Position numbers and translations under genes: made by a program | Notes under the pieces: generated by a model | What the model saw: the letters and a program-made list of their open reading frames with translations, nothing else | Told to the model about the DNA's origin: nothing | Databases searched by the model: none | Part shown: one piece after another, positions 20,120 to 29,639 of the stretch | Numbering within the stretch: the first letter of the stretch is position 1 | Layout of the letters: every line of letters starts with the position of its first letter | NCBI GenBank assembly: GCA_050309605.1 | Contig: JBNRMN010000033.1 | Span: forward strand, 257,460-321,459 | Origin: Anaerohalosphaeraceae bacterium | GTDB lineage: Bacteria; Planctomycetota; Phycisphaerae; Sedimentisphaerales; Anaerohalosphaeraceae | Reading direction: 5' to 3' | DNA: 64,000 bases

Positions 20120-22030
20120 ATGAACGCAATCATTTTCAGGCTGTTTTGTGTGAGCGTTGCGGTGATAGTTGGCGGCGCTGTCGGCGGTGCCGATGTTGAT
20201 TCGCCGTATGGGGTGTGTGCGCACGTGTCACGTGAGTGGTGGGGCGATCATCAGACGGCCGAACAGCAGTTTGCGTTGATGCGTCAAGCGGGCATCGGCT
20301 GGGCGCGGACGGATTTTGACTGGTCGGGCGTGCAGCGTCAGCAAGGCGGGCCGTGGGATTTTTCGCTGCTGGAGCGGACGGTCCAGATGGCCGAGGACGG
20401 CGGGATAACGCTCTTGCCGATATTGGCCTATGATGTGCCCTGGGCCAGCCCGGCGTATCGGCACCTGGAGTTATGGCGGGAGTACGTGCGGCGGACGGTC
20501 GGTCATTTCAAAGGGCGGCTGCGGTATTGGGAGGTCTGGAATGAGCCGGATCTGGAGCCGTTCTGGAAGGACAGGCCCAACCCGGCAAACTACACGCGGC
20601 TGCTCAAGGCGGCGTACGAGGAAATCAAGGCGGTCGATCCGGAGGCGGTGGTGCTGCTGGGCGGGCTGTCGGGCATTCCGATGGAGTTTATCGAGGGCAT
20701 TTATCAGGCCGGCGGCGGGGCGTATTTTGATGTGATGAATGTGCATCCGTATCGATATCCGCAGATCCCCGAAGCGCCGTCGCTCAGTGCGGATTTGCGT
20801 CGGCTGCGTGAGCTGATGGCCGAGTACGGCGATGCAGACAAGCCCGTGTGGATCACGGAGATCGGTTGGCCGACCCATCACAATGATACGGAACTGCTGG
20901 CGGATATTGTGCGGGCCGGACTGAAGACGCTTCGGCCGAATCGGCCGGCCTGGACGTTGGCGGTGCTGGACGATCCGGGCTATGTGGTACGTGTGCCGAT
21001 TTCCGACGCGGCGCTGCAGGCGATGCTGCCGGGCCAGGGGCGGGTCGAACGGCTGACGCTGGCGCAGATAGAACGGCTGACGCCGACGCGGCATGATGCG
21101 CTGCTGCTGCCGCTGGATGAGGGGTTTCCAAGAGATGTATTCGATACAATTGAGGCCTATGTCCGCGACGGCGGGACGGTGATCTTCGGCCATGGCGTGC
21201 CGTTGTATTATACCCGCTATGTCGATTCGGACGGCCGCTGGCAGCGCGGCGATGCGGGCGGGGCGTATCGGCAGCGGCTGCGGATTGGCTGGGAGGCGTG
21301 GTGGACTCGAGAAGGCGTGCCGCAGTCGATTGATACGTTGACGATTCCCGCCGCTTATGCCGCCTCGATTCGGCCGGCTGAGCGCGTCCCGGCGGCGACG
21401 CGATTTGTGACCGATGCACTGCTGGGGCCGGAAGACAGGTTTATCCCGCTGGTGCAGGCGAGCAAGGATGACTATACCGGTACGGCCGCGGCGGTGTTGG
21501 ATTTGTCCGGCACGATGACCGGGTCGGTCCTGGTCTCGGCCCTGCAGGGCGAGTATCGCGGCATCCTTGAAGATCAGCAGGCGGTGATGCTGTCGCGTGC
21601 GTATGTCATCGCGCTGCACAGCGGCGTCGAACGGATGTTCTGGTACAACCTGCGAGCGCGTGAAAACGACCCGTACTACAATGAGGATCATTTTGGAATT
21701 GTGCATCGCGATCTATCGCCCAAGCCCGCCTATCGTGCGTTGCAGGCGCTCAACCGCGCCCGTCCGACCGGCTCAAAGCCGCTGGCAGGCGACTGGCAGG
21801 ACGGGCCGCTGTATTATCCCGGCTGGCGGCGTCCGGACGGTCAGACGGTCTGGGCGGTCTGGACAATCGGCCCGGCGGCCCGGCGAAAGGTGCGATGGGA
21901 CGGCAGGATCGATGAGGCGTTTGATCATCTCGGTCGTAAAGTCCAGACGCGCGAGATTACCGAAAACGGAACGCTGTCGGTCCGGAACAGCATCCTCTAT
22001 CTGGTCGGCCCGGAACGGGTTTATCCTTGA
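20120..22030 (+). CDS. Secreted clan GH-A glycoside hydrolase (GH39/GH5-like) with a large inserted domain
   Basis: Signal peptide; WEVWNEPD acid/base, NVHPY, WITEIGW nucleophile, MFWYNLR, FGIVHRDLSPKPAY. Confidence 0.8.
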   Translation: MNAIIFRLFCVSVAVIVGGAVGGADVDSPYGVCAHVSREWWGDHQTAEQQFALMRQAGIGWARTDFDWSGVQRQQGGPWDFSLLERTVQMAEDGGITLLPILAYDVPWASPAYRHLELWREYVRRTVGHFKGRLRYWEVWNEPDLEPFWKDRPNPANYTRLLKAAYEEIKAVDPEAVVLLGGLSGIPMEFIEGIYQAGGGAYFDVMNVHPYRYPQIPEAPSLSADLRRLRELMAEYGDADKPVWITEIGWPTHHNDTELLADIVRAGLKTLRPNRPAWTLAVLDDPGYVVRVPISDAALQAMLPGQGRVERLTLAQIERLTPTRHDALLLPLDEGFPRDVFDTIEAYVRDGGTVIFGHGVPLYYTRYVDSDGRWQRGDAGGAYRQRLRIGWEAWWTREGVPQSIDTLTIPAAYAASIRPAERVPAATRFVTDALLGPEDRFIPLVQASKDDYTGTAAAVLDLSGTMTGSVLVSALQGEYRGILEDQQAVMLSRAYVIALHSGVERMFWYNLRARENDPYYNEDHFGIVHRDLSPKPAYRALQALNRARPTGSKPLAGDWQDGPLYYPGWRRPDGQTVWAVWTIGPAARRKVRWDGRIDEAFDHLGRKVQTREITENGTLSVRNSILYLVGPERVYP

Positions 22031-22168
22031 AGTGTCTGTCAAAAAGCGATATAATCCGCTGTGAATGATTGAAAGGGGAACCTGAGGGCTGCGCAGTGCG
22101 TAGAGGCTATACGCCCTGAAGGACAAAAAGCGAATCGGAAGTTGACGGCTTTTTTAGGAGAAAACAAA

Positions 22169-22804
22169 ATGAGAGCGAAACGGATGAGCTTATGGACCGT
22201 GTTGTGTATTGCAATGATGATGGGGGTTGGCTGCCGGCGACAAGCCGAACCGGCAGCGCAGGATGAGAAAGAACTGGCCGGGCGCCGGGTGGCGGTCTTG
22301 CTGACCGAAGGGTTTCAGGATCAGGAAGCGCTGCATCCGATGGATTATCTGGGCGAACGCGGCGCTGCGGTTACGGTGATCGGTCCGTCCATCGAAACGG
22401 TCAAGGCGTACAACAGCGATGTGGAAATTACGATTGAACAGACCGTGGCCGATGTCTCGGTGGGTGATTTTGATGCGCTGGTCATTCCCGGCGGACAGTC
22501 TCCGGCCCGGTTGCGGGAAAATGAAACGGTCGTGGACTTTGTGCGTGAATTTGTCCAGTCGGGCAAACCCGTTGCGGCGATTTGTCATGGGCCGCAGGTG
22601 CTGGTGACCGCCGGCGTGATGGACGGCAAGCGGGCGACCTGTTATGCGGGGATGTCGGAGGAATTGATCGAGGCCGGAAGCGACTATGAAGATACCGAAC
22701 TGGTGCGCGACGGCAATCTCATCACCTCGCGGCTGCCGCAGGACTTGCCGGTGTTCTCGCACGCGATTGCGCAGGCCCTGTTGGAGAAAGCGGGCGGCGT
22801 ATGA
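22169..22804 (+). CDS. DJ-1/PfpI family protein with lipoprotein-like signal
   Basis: EGFQDQE, LVIPGG, AAICHGPQ, DGNLITSR; N-terminal MMMGVGC lipobox; AGGAG RBS. Confidence 0.9.
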   Translation: MRAKRMSLWTVLCIAMMMGVGCRRQAEPAAQDEKELAGRRVAVLLTEGFQDQEALHPMDYLGERGAAVTVIGPSIETVKAYNSDVEITIEQTVADVSVGDFDALVIPGGQSPARLRENETVVDFVREFVQSGKPVAAICHGPQVLVTAGVMDGKRATCYAGMSEELIEAGSDYEDTELVRDGNLITSRLPQDLPVFSHAIAQALLEKAGGV

Positions 22805-23763
22805 AAGCTATTTGTGTGGATCGGTACGGGCCGCCGGATGTAATGCAGATCAGGGAAAGGCCAGACCTTTTGGCCGGCGAGGGACAGATTCTGATTTCCG
22901 TCAAGGCCGTCGGCGTCAATCCTGTGGACACCTATATTCGCGAAGGGTGGTATCCGATTAAAAAGCCGCCTGGCTATACGCCGGGCTTTGACGCGGCCGG
23001 ACTGGTCGAGCAAGTCGGCCGGGGCGTTGAGTCGTTTCGTCCCGGTGATCGGGTGTTTGTCTGCGGGTCGTTGACGGGTACGTATGCCGAGCAGACGCTG
23101 TGTTCGCCGAAGCAGGTGTTTGCGCTGCCGGAGAAGGTGAGTTTTTCGCACGGTGCGGCGCTGGGCACGCCGTACGGCACGGCCTGTCAGGCCCTGTTCG
23201 GACGCGCCGATGCTCAGGCCGGTCAGACGGTGCTGGTGCACGGCGCCAGCGGCGGGGTCGGCATCGCGGCGGTGCAGTTGGCCGCGTCGGCGGGGTTGAC
23301 CGTTATCGCGACCGCCGGAACCGACAAAGGGCGGCAACTGGTTACCGAGCAGGGCGCGCGACACGCGCTGGATCATCATGACGCGGGTCATTTTGAGGCG
23401 GTCAAAGAGCTGACCGACGGACGCGGCGTCGATCTCGTGCTGGAGATGCTGGCCAATGTGAATCTGGATCGTGATCTGGACATCCTCGCGCCGGGCGGTA
23501 CTGTGGTTGTAATCGGCAGCCGCGGACGGATTGAAATCGACCCGCGAAAAACGATGGCACGCGACCTGAACATTTTGGGGATGAGCCTGATGAATGCCTC
23601 AACCGAGCAAAGGGCGGCGATTTATGCTCGCATTCAGGCCGGTCTGGAAGCGGGGCCATTGTCTCCGGTGATCGGGCAGGAACTGCCGCTTGAGAAGGCC
23701 CCCGCGGCCCATCGGCTCGTGATGGAGTCGGCCCATTACGGCAAGATTGTGCTGATCCCCTGA
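22801..23763 (+). CDS. qor: NADPH:quinone oxidoreductase (MDR/zeta-crystallin family)
   Basis: GVNPVD, PGFDAAG, VHGASGGVG, GKIVL. Confidence 0.9.
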   Translation: MKAICVDRYGPPDVMQIRERPDLLAGEGQILISVKAVGVNPVDTYIREGWYPIKKPPGYTPGFDAAGLVEQVGRGVESFRPGDRVFVCGSLTGTYAEQTLCSPKQVFALPEKVSFSHGAALGTPYGTACQALFGRADAQAGQTVLVHGASGGVGIAAVQLAASAGLTVIATAGTDKGRQLVTEQGARHALDHHDAGHFEAVKELTDGRGVDLVLEMLANVNLDRDLDILAPGGTVVVIGSRGRIEIDPRKTMARDLNILGMSLMNASTEQRAAIYARIQAGLEAGPLSPVIGQELPLEKAPAAHRLVMESAHYGKIVLIP

Positions 23764-23778
23764 GGGTGAAGTAAACAA

Positions 23779-23849
23779 TGGAGCTGGCGGGAATCGAACC
23801 CGCATCTCCGCGATGCGACCGCGGCGCACTCCCATTATGCGACAGCCCC
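23779..23849 (-). tRNA. tRNA-Ala(CGC)
   Basis: GGGGCTG/CAGCTCC acceptor stem with G3-U70, discriminator A, anticodon arm CCGCG-GTCGCAT-CGCGG, T arm GCGGG-TTCGATT-CCCGC; CCA not encoded. Confidence 0.93.
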
Positions 23850-23919
23850 ATTCAAGGGTGCAGTATAGTCAAAATTGATGTTTTTTCAAGCGTTTTTTCA
23901 GAGAACCGTGTGTTTTTCT

Positions 23920-24432
23920 TCAAAACGTCCAGCGATCGCGGCAGGCGATGCGGTCGGTGGGCAGTCGGTCGGTGGCTTGGCCGGCTTGTGCGGGCCAGCC
24001 GAGTGCCAGCAGGTCCACGATCTCGATATGAGAGGGAATACCCAGTACCTGCCGGACTTTGTGCGGTTTGAAGGCGCCGAGCCAGCAGGTGCCCAGTCCT
24101 TTGGCGACCGCGGCCAGGACGATATGTTCCATCGCAATTGCCACATCAATCGGGCCGATCCGTTGGCCGCACCGCATCACATAGGGATTGCTGCTGCATG
24201 CGACTATGATGACCGGTGCCTGGCGGACAAAGTCCTGACGCAGTGCCTGGCGACAGAGATTTTCGCGTACTTTCGGTTCGGTAACCACCACAAACCGCCA
24301 GTCCTGAAGATTCCGCGCCGACGGGGCCAGCCGGGCCGCTTCGAGCAGTTCATCCAGTACGTCCGCCGGTACCTCGCTGGATTCATAACTCCTGCACGAA
24401 TAACGTTTTCGAATCGCGTCCATCACATTCAT
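23920..24432 (-). CDS. Nitroreductase family protein
   Basis: RYSCRSY, ARLAPSARNLQDW, GLGTCWLG. Confidence 0.92.
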   Translation of the reverse strand: MNVMDAIRKRYSCRSYESSEVPADVLDELLEAARLAPSARNLQDWRFVVVTEPKVRENLCRQALRQDFVRQAPVIIVACSSNPYVMRCGQRIGPIDVAIAMEHIVLAAVAKGLGTCWLGAFKPHKVRQVLGIPSHIEIVDLLALGWPAQAGQATDRLPTDRIACRDRWTF

Positions 24433-24595
24433 TAGGTATCACTCCATTGTCTTGTTGCAGCGTCTTATCGCGATCTACTGTACTCCGAACGCGGGAGAAA
24501 TCAAGCCGTATCTTGCCAAATCGTCCGCCGGCGGTTATACTGACCCGTTTGGACAACAAGTTCGGCAACAGAGACGTTAATCAACCTCACACGAT

Positions 24596-25696
24596 ATGTT
24601 TATTGATCGAGCCATCATAACGGTCAAGGCCGGCAACGGCGGGCCGGGGTGCGTCAGTTTTCGGCGCGAAAAGTTCGAGGCCAAAGGCGGCCCGGACGGC
24701 GGCGACGGCGGGCACGGCGGCAGCGTCTATTTTGTCGTCGATCCGTCGATTGATACACTGCTGGATTTTTCCGGCCGGCACAACTGGGACGCGGGCAACG
24801 GCCTGCCCGGCGAGGGAGCCAACCGCCATGGCGCCGACGGAGAGGATCTGGTGATTCCCGTGCCGCCGGGGACACTGATTTATGATAACGAGTACGACCT
24901 GCTGCTCAAGGATATGAACGAGCCGGGGATGAAAGTGTGCCTCTGTCGCGGCGGCATCGGGGGCAAGGGCAACAAGGCGTTCGCCACGCCGACGCGGCAG
25001 ACACCGCGTTTTGCCACCCGCGGCAAAGAAGGCCAGCAGCGCCAGCTTCGGCTCGAACTGCGGCTGATTGCCGATATCGGCCTGGTGGGGATGCCCAATG
25101 CCGGCAAGAGCACGCTGATTTCACGGTGCACCTCAGCGCGGCCGAAGATTGCCGACTATCCGTTCACGACGCTGTCGCCGGTGCTGGGGATTGTGGAGTT
25201 GAGCGATTATCGGCGGTTTGTGATGGCCGATATTCCCGGACTGATTGAAGGGGCCCATGACGGATCGGGCCTGGGGCATGATTTTCTCAAGCATATTGAG
25301 CGAACGCGGATTCTGGTGCATGTGCTGGATATCCTGCCGTCGGATGATTCCGATCCGGTGGACAATTATCACACAATCCGTCGGGAGCTGGAGCTGCACA
25401 GTGCGACGCTGGTTCAAAAGCCGGAGCTGGTTGTGCTGAACAAGGCCGACCTGGATGCCGACGGCGTGTTCTGCGAGGATATTCAAACTCGCCTGGGCGT
25501 TCCAGAGACGATGGTTATTTCCGCGGTTTCCGGGCAAGGGGTTAAGGCCCTGCTGGAGCGGCTCTGGACGCTGGTTCGCACACCGCCGTCTCGGCCGGAT
25601 GCTTCGACGCCGCTGTTTACCTCGCCGCATCAGCAGACGCGTGACGAGACCCATGACAATACGGAACCTATGGACTCACAAGAGGACGCTGTATGA
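24596..25696 (+). CDS. obgE: GTPase Obg
   Basis: Gly-rich Obg fold (GGPDGGDGG), GMPNAGKS, YPFTT, DIPG, NKAD. Confidence 0.97.
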   Translation: MFIDRAIITVKAGNGGPGCVSFRREKFEAKGGPDGGDGGHGGSVYFVVDPSIDTLLDFSGRHNWDAGNGLPGEGANRHGADGEDLVIPVPPGTLIYDNEYDLLLKDMNEPGMKVCLCRGGIGGKGNKAFATPTRQTPRFATRGKEGQQRQLRLELRLIADIGLVGMPNAGKSTLISRCTSARPKIADYPFTTLSPVLGIVELSDYRRFVMADIPGLIEGAHDGSGLGHDFLKHIERTRILVHVLDILPSDDSDPVDNYHTIRRELELHSATLVQKPELVVLNKADLDADGVFCEDIQTRLGVPETMVISAVSGQGVKALLERLWTLVRTPPSRPDASTPLFTSPHQQTRDETHDNTEPMDSQEDAV

Positions 25697-26529
25697 ATTT
25701 ATTAGCGATTGATATCGGCAATACCGTGATGAAAGCGGCTTTTTATTTGAACGACAAGGAACAGCAGTTGGTCAGTCTGCCGCTGAATGACGCGGCGTTT
25801 GAAGCGCGTTTTGCCCGACTGCTGACGGAATGCTGGGATCAGGCCCCGTTGGTGGAATCGGCCGCAGAGCCGACCAAAGATGCGGTGATCGTGGTCAGTT
25901 CGGTCAATCCGGATGCGTCGGACCGTGTGCGTGCGCTCTGTCAGGAAGTGCTGGGTGAGCCGGTCAAGGTGATCGGTCAGGATGTGCCGCTGCCGATTGA
26001 GACCAGCGTCGAGCGGCCGTTTGATGTTGGGACGGATCGGCTGGTAACCGCCGCGGCGGCGTATGCGGTGGTCGAGGACGCGGTGGTGGTGGCCGATTTC
26101 GGCACGGCGGTGACGATTGATTTGGTCGATGAGTCGGGTGTGTTTGTCGGCGGGACGATCAGTCCGGGCTTTGAGATGGCGCTGGAGGCAATGCACGCGC
26201 ACACGGCCAAGCTGCCGCAGGTCGGGATGCAAAAGCCCGCCTCGGTGTATGGCGTTAACACCGCCGAGGCGATGCGGGCCGGTGTGTATTGGGCGGCGGT
26301 CGGGCTGCTGGAGACGATCTGCCGCAAATACGCCGAGCAGTTGGGACGCTGGCCGCATGTGATTTTGACCGGCGGCCGGGCGGCGGTGTTCAAAGACGAT
26401 TGCGAGTTTGTTGATTCGTATGTGCCGGATCTGGCCGTGCGCGGCATTATGATTGCCTATAAGAAAGCACTTTTCGAAGCCGAAGACATCGACCGGCTTG
26501 ATCAAGACAACACAGCCGACACGCGCTGA
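25693..26529 (+). CDS. coaX: Type III pantothenate kinase
   Basis: IDIGNT, GTDR, DFGTAVTID, GGTISPG, LTGG. Confidence 0.93.
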   Translation: MNLLAIDIGNTVMKAAFYLNDKEQQLVSLPLNDAAFEARFARLLTECWDQAPLVESAAEPTKDAVIVVSSVNPDASDRVRALCQEVLGEPVKVIGQDVPLPIETSVERPFDVGTDRLVTAAAAYAVVEDAVVVADFGTAVTIDLVDESGVFVGGTISPGFEMALEAMHAHTAKLPQVGMQKPASVYGVNTAEAMRAGVYWAAVGLLETICRKYAEQLGRWPHVILTGGRAAVFKDDCEFVDSYVPDLAVRGIMIAYKKALFEAEDIDRLDQDNTADTR

Positions 26530-26568
26530 GCTGCATCACGGCGGTCGGCCAATCCGAGACAAACACTG

Positions 26569-27705
26569 CTATCGTGTCAGCAGCCCGTCCAGTTCCGGTT
26601 CGACCGGTTCGGGCAGAGCGATTTCGATGTCCACTGTCAGCGCCGTTTCCGGCGCCGTGAGCATATTGGCGACCGCATAAGATAAGATGTGGGGGTGCTC
26701 GATTTCGGCAAGGGCGATCCTGACGTCGATGCGCGAGCGGGCCGGAATCCTGATGTGTTCCGGGCCGTGCCGTCCGATGCGATTAAGCTCAATATCCAGA
26801 AACGATCGATTGATGATTTCAAAATATCCCGTATCACCCCGACTGTAATACATCGGCAGGACCGTCACGCAGGCTTGATACATCGCCTCAAGCAGGGGGC
26901 GCCGTCCGATCAGCCGATTGTCATGCCAGACCAGTGTGCGGCCTGCAAACAGCGCCTCGCCAATCGCCTCGGTGGTTCGTTCTTTGGCCAGAACCAGCGT
27001 CAGCGTGCGATGTTTTTGGGGGGTATAGACCGAATCGATCGACGGCCCGTGAATATCCGACGTGCCGATCATCGTTAAGTTTTTGTCCAGACACCACTGA
27101 TGCGCCAGGGGGTAATAGGTGCGTCCGTTGGCCACCTCCATACCATGCAGCCATTTGTTTTGGTACATGGTGGTCTGAACGTCCTGCCACTGTCCCCGCT
27201 CGAGTCCCTTCCACGTGTGATGGTTCCAGAACACAAACGCTTTTTGTTCGGCGGCTGCCTTGACCGCATCCAGCACATCCGGCTGATCCAGCGGGGCGAT
27301 TGTGTCCAGCAAAATGGCGTTGTAATGGCCGGGCGGGGTGTCTTTGGTGATTTCGGCCCCTTTAATCAGCAGGACGTTCAACTGACGGGCCTTGGGCGCG
27401 GCAATCTCATAGGGGCGTTCCTGGTTGACCGGAATGTCTTTACTGTGGGGCTGATGCTCAATATGGTCGCTCAGGGCGATGGCATCCAATCCTTCGCGAT
27501 TGGCCTCCTCAATCCGCTCGGTCGGCCATACCGTGCCGTCGGAAAAGACCGTATGTGTATGAAGATCGCAGACCAGCGTCTTGTAGCCGGGAAGGTCGGG
27601 GAAATACGGTTTTGGTTTTGCCGAACACCAGCTCGGCAGGACCAACAGCACACTACACACCCACACACACATCGTCAATCGGCAGGATCGCTTCATTGTC
27701 TTCAT
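26569..27705 (-). CDS. Secreted PHP-domain phosphoesterase
   Basis: CDLHTHTVFSDG, SDHIE, GAEIT, GHYNA, TSDIH. Start placed at MKTMKR (ORF is open from 27903). Confidence 0.85.
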   Translation of the reverse strand: MKTMKRSCRLTMCVWVCSVLLVLPSWCSAKPKPYFPDLPGYKTLVCDLHTHTVFSDGTVWPTERIEEANREGLDAIALSDHIEHQPHSKDIPVNQERPYEIAAPKARQLNVLLIKGAEITKDTPPGHYNAILLDTIAPLDQPDVLDAVKAAAEQKAFVFWNHHTWKGLERGQWQDVQTTMYQNKWLHGMEVANGRTYYPLAHQWCLDKNLTMIGTSDIHGPSIDSVYTPQKHRTLTLVLAKERTTEAIGEALFAGRTLVWHDNRLIGRRPLLEAMYQACVTVLPMYYSRGDTGYFEIINRSFLDIELNRIGRHGPEHIRIPARSRIDVRIALAEIEHPHILSYAVANMLTAPETALTVDIEIALPEPVEPELDGLLTR

Positions 27706-27869
27706 CTCCGAATCAGAACGGTCACTGGTTTTTTCATCTTGCAGGGGTGAACCTGGAAACCGGATTATAAACCGCCTGCGTGTCAAAAGCCACATCTTTC
27801 GTTGAACCATTTGCTCGCGGCCGGGCGGCTGATAGAATCTGTTTCCATTCAGGGCGGTCAGTGCCGAAA

Positions 27870-27910
27870 AAATAAACGGACTGTGGGTATGCTGTGCCGC
27901 CACAGTCCGT
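27870..27910 (-). terminator. Rho-independent terminator downstream of the PEP-CTERM gene
   Basis: ACGGACTGTGG...CCACAGTCCGT 11-bp stem followed by TTATTTTT on the minus strand. Confidence 0.75.
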
Positions 27911-27948
27911 AAATATGTTAATTGACAGTCGGTACGTCAGACGCGATG

Positions 27949-28647
27949 TTATTTGCGTTTGCGCCGCAAGGCCAGGCTGCCCAGGCCCAGCAGGGCCATC
28001 GTCATTGGTTCGGGCACGGCGGTAATTTTAACCGCCGCGATGGCACCGCGTACCGAGTCGTCCCGCGCACCGGCTGCGACCAGCAGCGAATCGGCCGAGA
28101 GCACACCGGAATCGACATAGCCGCGAAGCCCGCCGTCGGTGTCCCAGGTCAGCGCGGCTTGCACCGTGGCCAGCAGGCTGTCGTCATCGGCATCGTAAAG
28201 GGATGTCGGAGTAAAGCCGCTGGCGTTGTCGCTGCTGTGATAGATGCGCACGGTATAACCCGGCGCCCCAATCGCAGCCAGCCAGTCGCCCAGGCCGTCG
28301 AATGTGATGCGGGGTCCGTCGCCGCCGTCATCCAGATAGACGCGATAAAGCTGCTGTTCGCTGGTGTCTTCCAGGCCGCCGGCCCAGGTGTTGGACGCGG
28401 CCCAACTGACCGTGACCAGATCGTTGCTGCCGTGCAGCACCAGATCGGAACCGGACGACGCATCACCCCAGTCCTCAAGCGGCCAGGAATCCGTCCAGTT
28501 GTCAAACCCGTCGGCTGTTTTGCCTTCCAACTGCGGTTTGTCCCAGCCGTCGCAGAAATTCACGCCGATCACGGTTCCGGCGGTGGCCGAGGCGGTCAGG
28601 ACAAGGGCCAGTGCCACGGCAAGAAATGCAGTTAAACCTCTTTTCAT
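27949..28647 (-). CDS. PEP-CTERM sorting domain protein
   Basis: Signal peptide MKRGLTAFL...; C-terminal VPEPMTMALLGLGSLALRRKRK. Confidence 0.92.
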   Translation of the reverse strand: MKRGLTAFLAVALALVLTASATAGTVIGVNFCDGWDKPQLEGKTADGFDNWTDSWPLEDWGDASSGSDLVLHGSNDLVTVSWAASNTWAGGLEDTSEQQLYRVYLDDGGDGPRITFDGLGDWLAAIGAPGYTVRIYHSSDNASGFTPTSLYDADDDSLLATVQAALTWDTDGGLRGYVDSGVLSADSLLVAAGARDDSVRGAIAAVKITAVPEPMTMALLGLGSLALRRKRK

Positions 28648-28681
28648 CGTTCCTACTCCAAATAAACAATCATCTGATTGA

Positions 28682-28843
28682 GCGTAAACAAGAACGCCTT
28701 GTTTACGTGCGTTGGGCCTGGTCTGATTAATAGGCAAAGCAGGTCCGTAAATACTACATATATGGTAAAGTGGCGAGGGGACAAAAGGAGCATTTGGTTC
28801 GTATTTGACGAACCGTCTTTTTGTACACCTTCATCCTCGTCAC
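28682..28843 (+). ncRNA. Candidate structured RNA (four consecutive hairpins)
   Basis: Stems at 28682-28708, 28714-28746, 28752-28767 and 28770-28843; their wobble pairs are G-U on the + strand. Confidence 0.3.
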
Positions 28844-28971
28844 GTTATTTTCTCCGCCGTTGACCGGTCTGAACAGAATAAAAAACAATTATAAACAGAG
28901 ATCAGGAAAAAGTCAACCTTAAAATGCTATTTTGGGCAGATATTTCGAATTCAGCCTCCCGTTGGCGAAAG

Positions 28972-29356
28972 CACACCAACCGAGTGGTGCGGGTGAGCCG
29001 GATTGCAACACGTAACACCAGCCGAGCCGCGCGAGTGAGCCGGATTATGTGGCGTCTTGGAAAACGTCCCATCTATCCGCATCCCCGTATCGGGCGGCTT
29101 GCGCCGCCGCGCTATTGCGCGGGATGTTGCGTTGCGTCATCGTACAATAGCCGAGCCGCGCGAGCGGCCGGATTATGTGGCGTCTTGGAAAACGTCCCAT
29201 CTATCCGTATCCCGTATCGGGCGGCTTGCGCCGCCGCGCTATTGCGCGGGATGTTGCGTTGCGTCATCGTACACCAGCCGAGCCGCGCAAGCGGCCGGAT
29301 GACGACACCCACGGCGTTACGTCCCCCATCGGGCGGCTTGCGCCGCCGCGCTATTG
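28972..29356. repeat. BIME-like tandem array of inverted REP pairs (~128-bp period)
   Basis: AGCCGAGCCGCG at 29020, 29149 and 29276, each followed by ATCGGGCGGCTTGCGCCGCCGCGCT; the first two units are near identical. Confidence 0.9.
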
Positions 29357-29639
29357 TCCGCGCTGTTGTGTCGCTGTTGTTTGCAACCGTATTGGGTGTC
29401 CTTGCGCCGTCGCGGTATCGAGGTATTTTGTGGCTCAATATCCGGTTCGCATCGATTCGTGTTGCCCTATTTTGCTGGAGGTCGATTTCGGAGTTTTTTT
29501 TAAGTTTTTTGGCGGGCGGAGCTTGTGCGCGGAGCGAGGGCAGAGCGGTCGGGTGTTTTCACCGCATCGGCGGCCATTCGGGGCTGGTGCGGGGCAGAAC
29601 GGCAAAACAGATGATAAGGTTTGATAAAAGGATGAAACG

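Noticed and set aside
20880..21565. Intein in the glycoside hydrolase
   Set aside because: No Cys/Ser start, His-Asn end or LAGLIDADG motif at the insertion.
28972..29356. Possible CRISPR array
   Set aside because: Intervening sequences are near-identical rather than unique spacers, the period is ~128 bp, and there are no cas genes; it fits REP/BIME.
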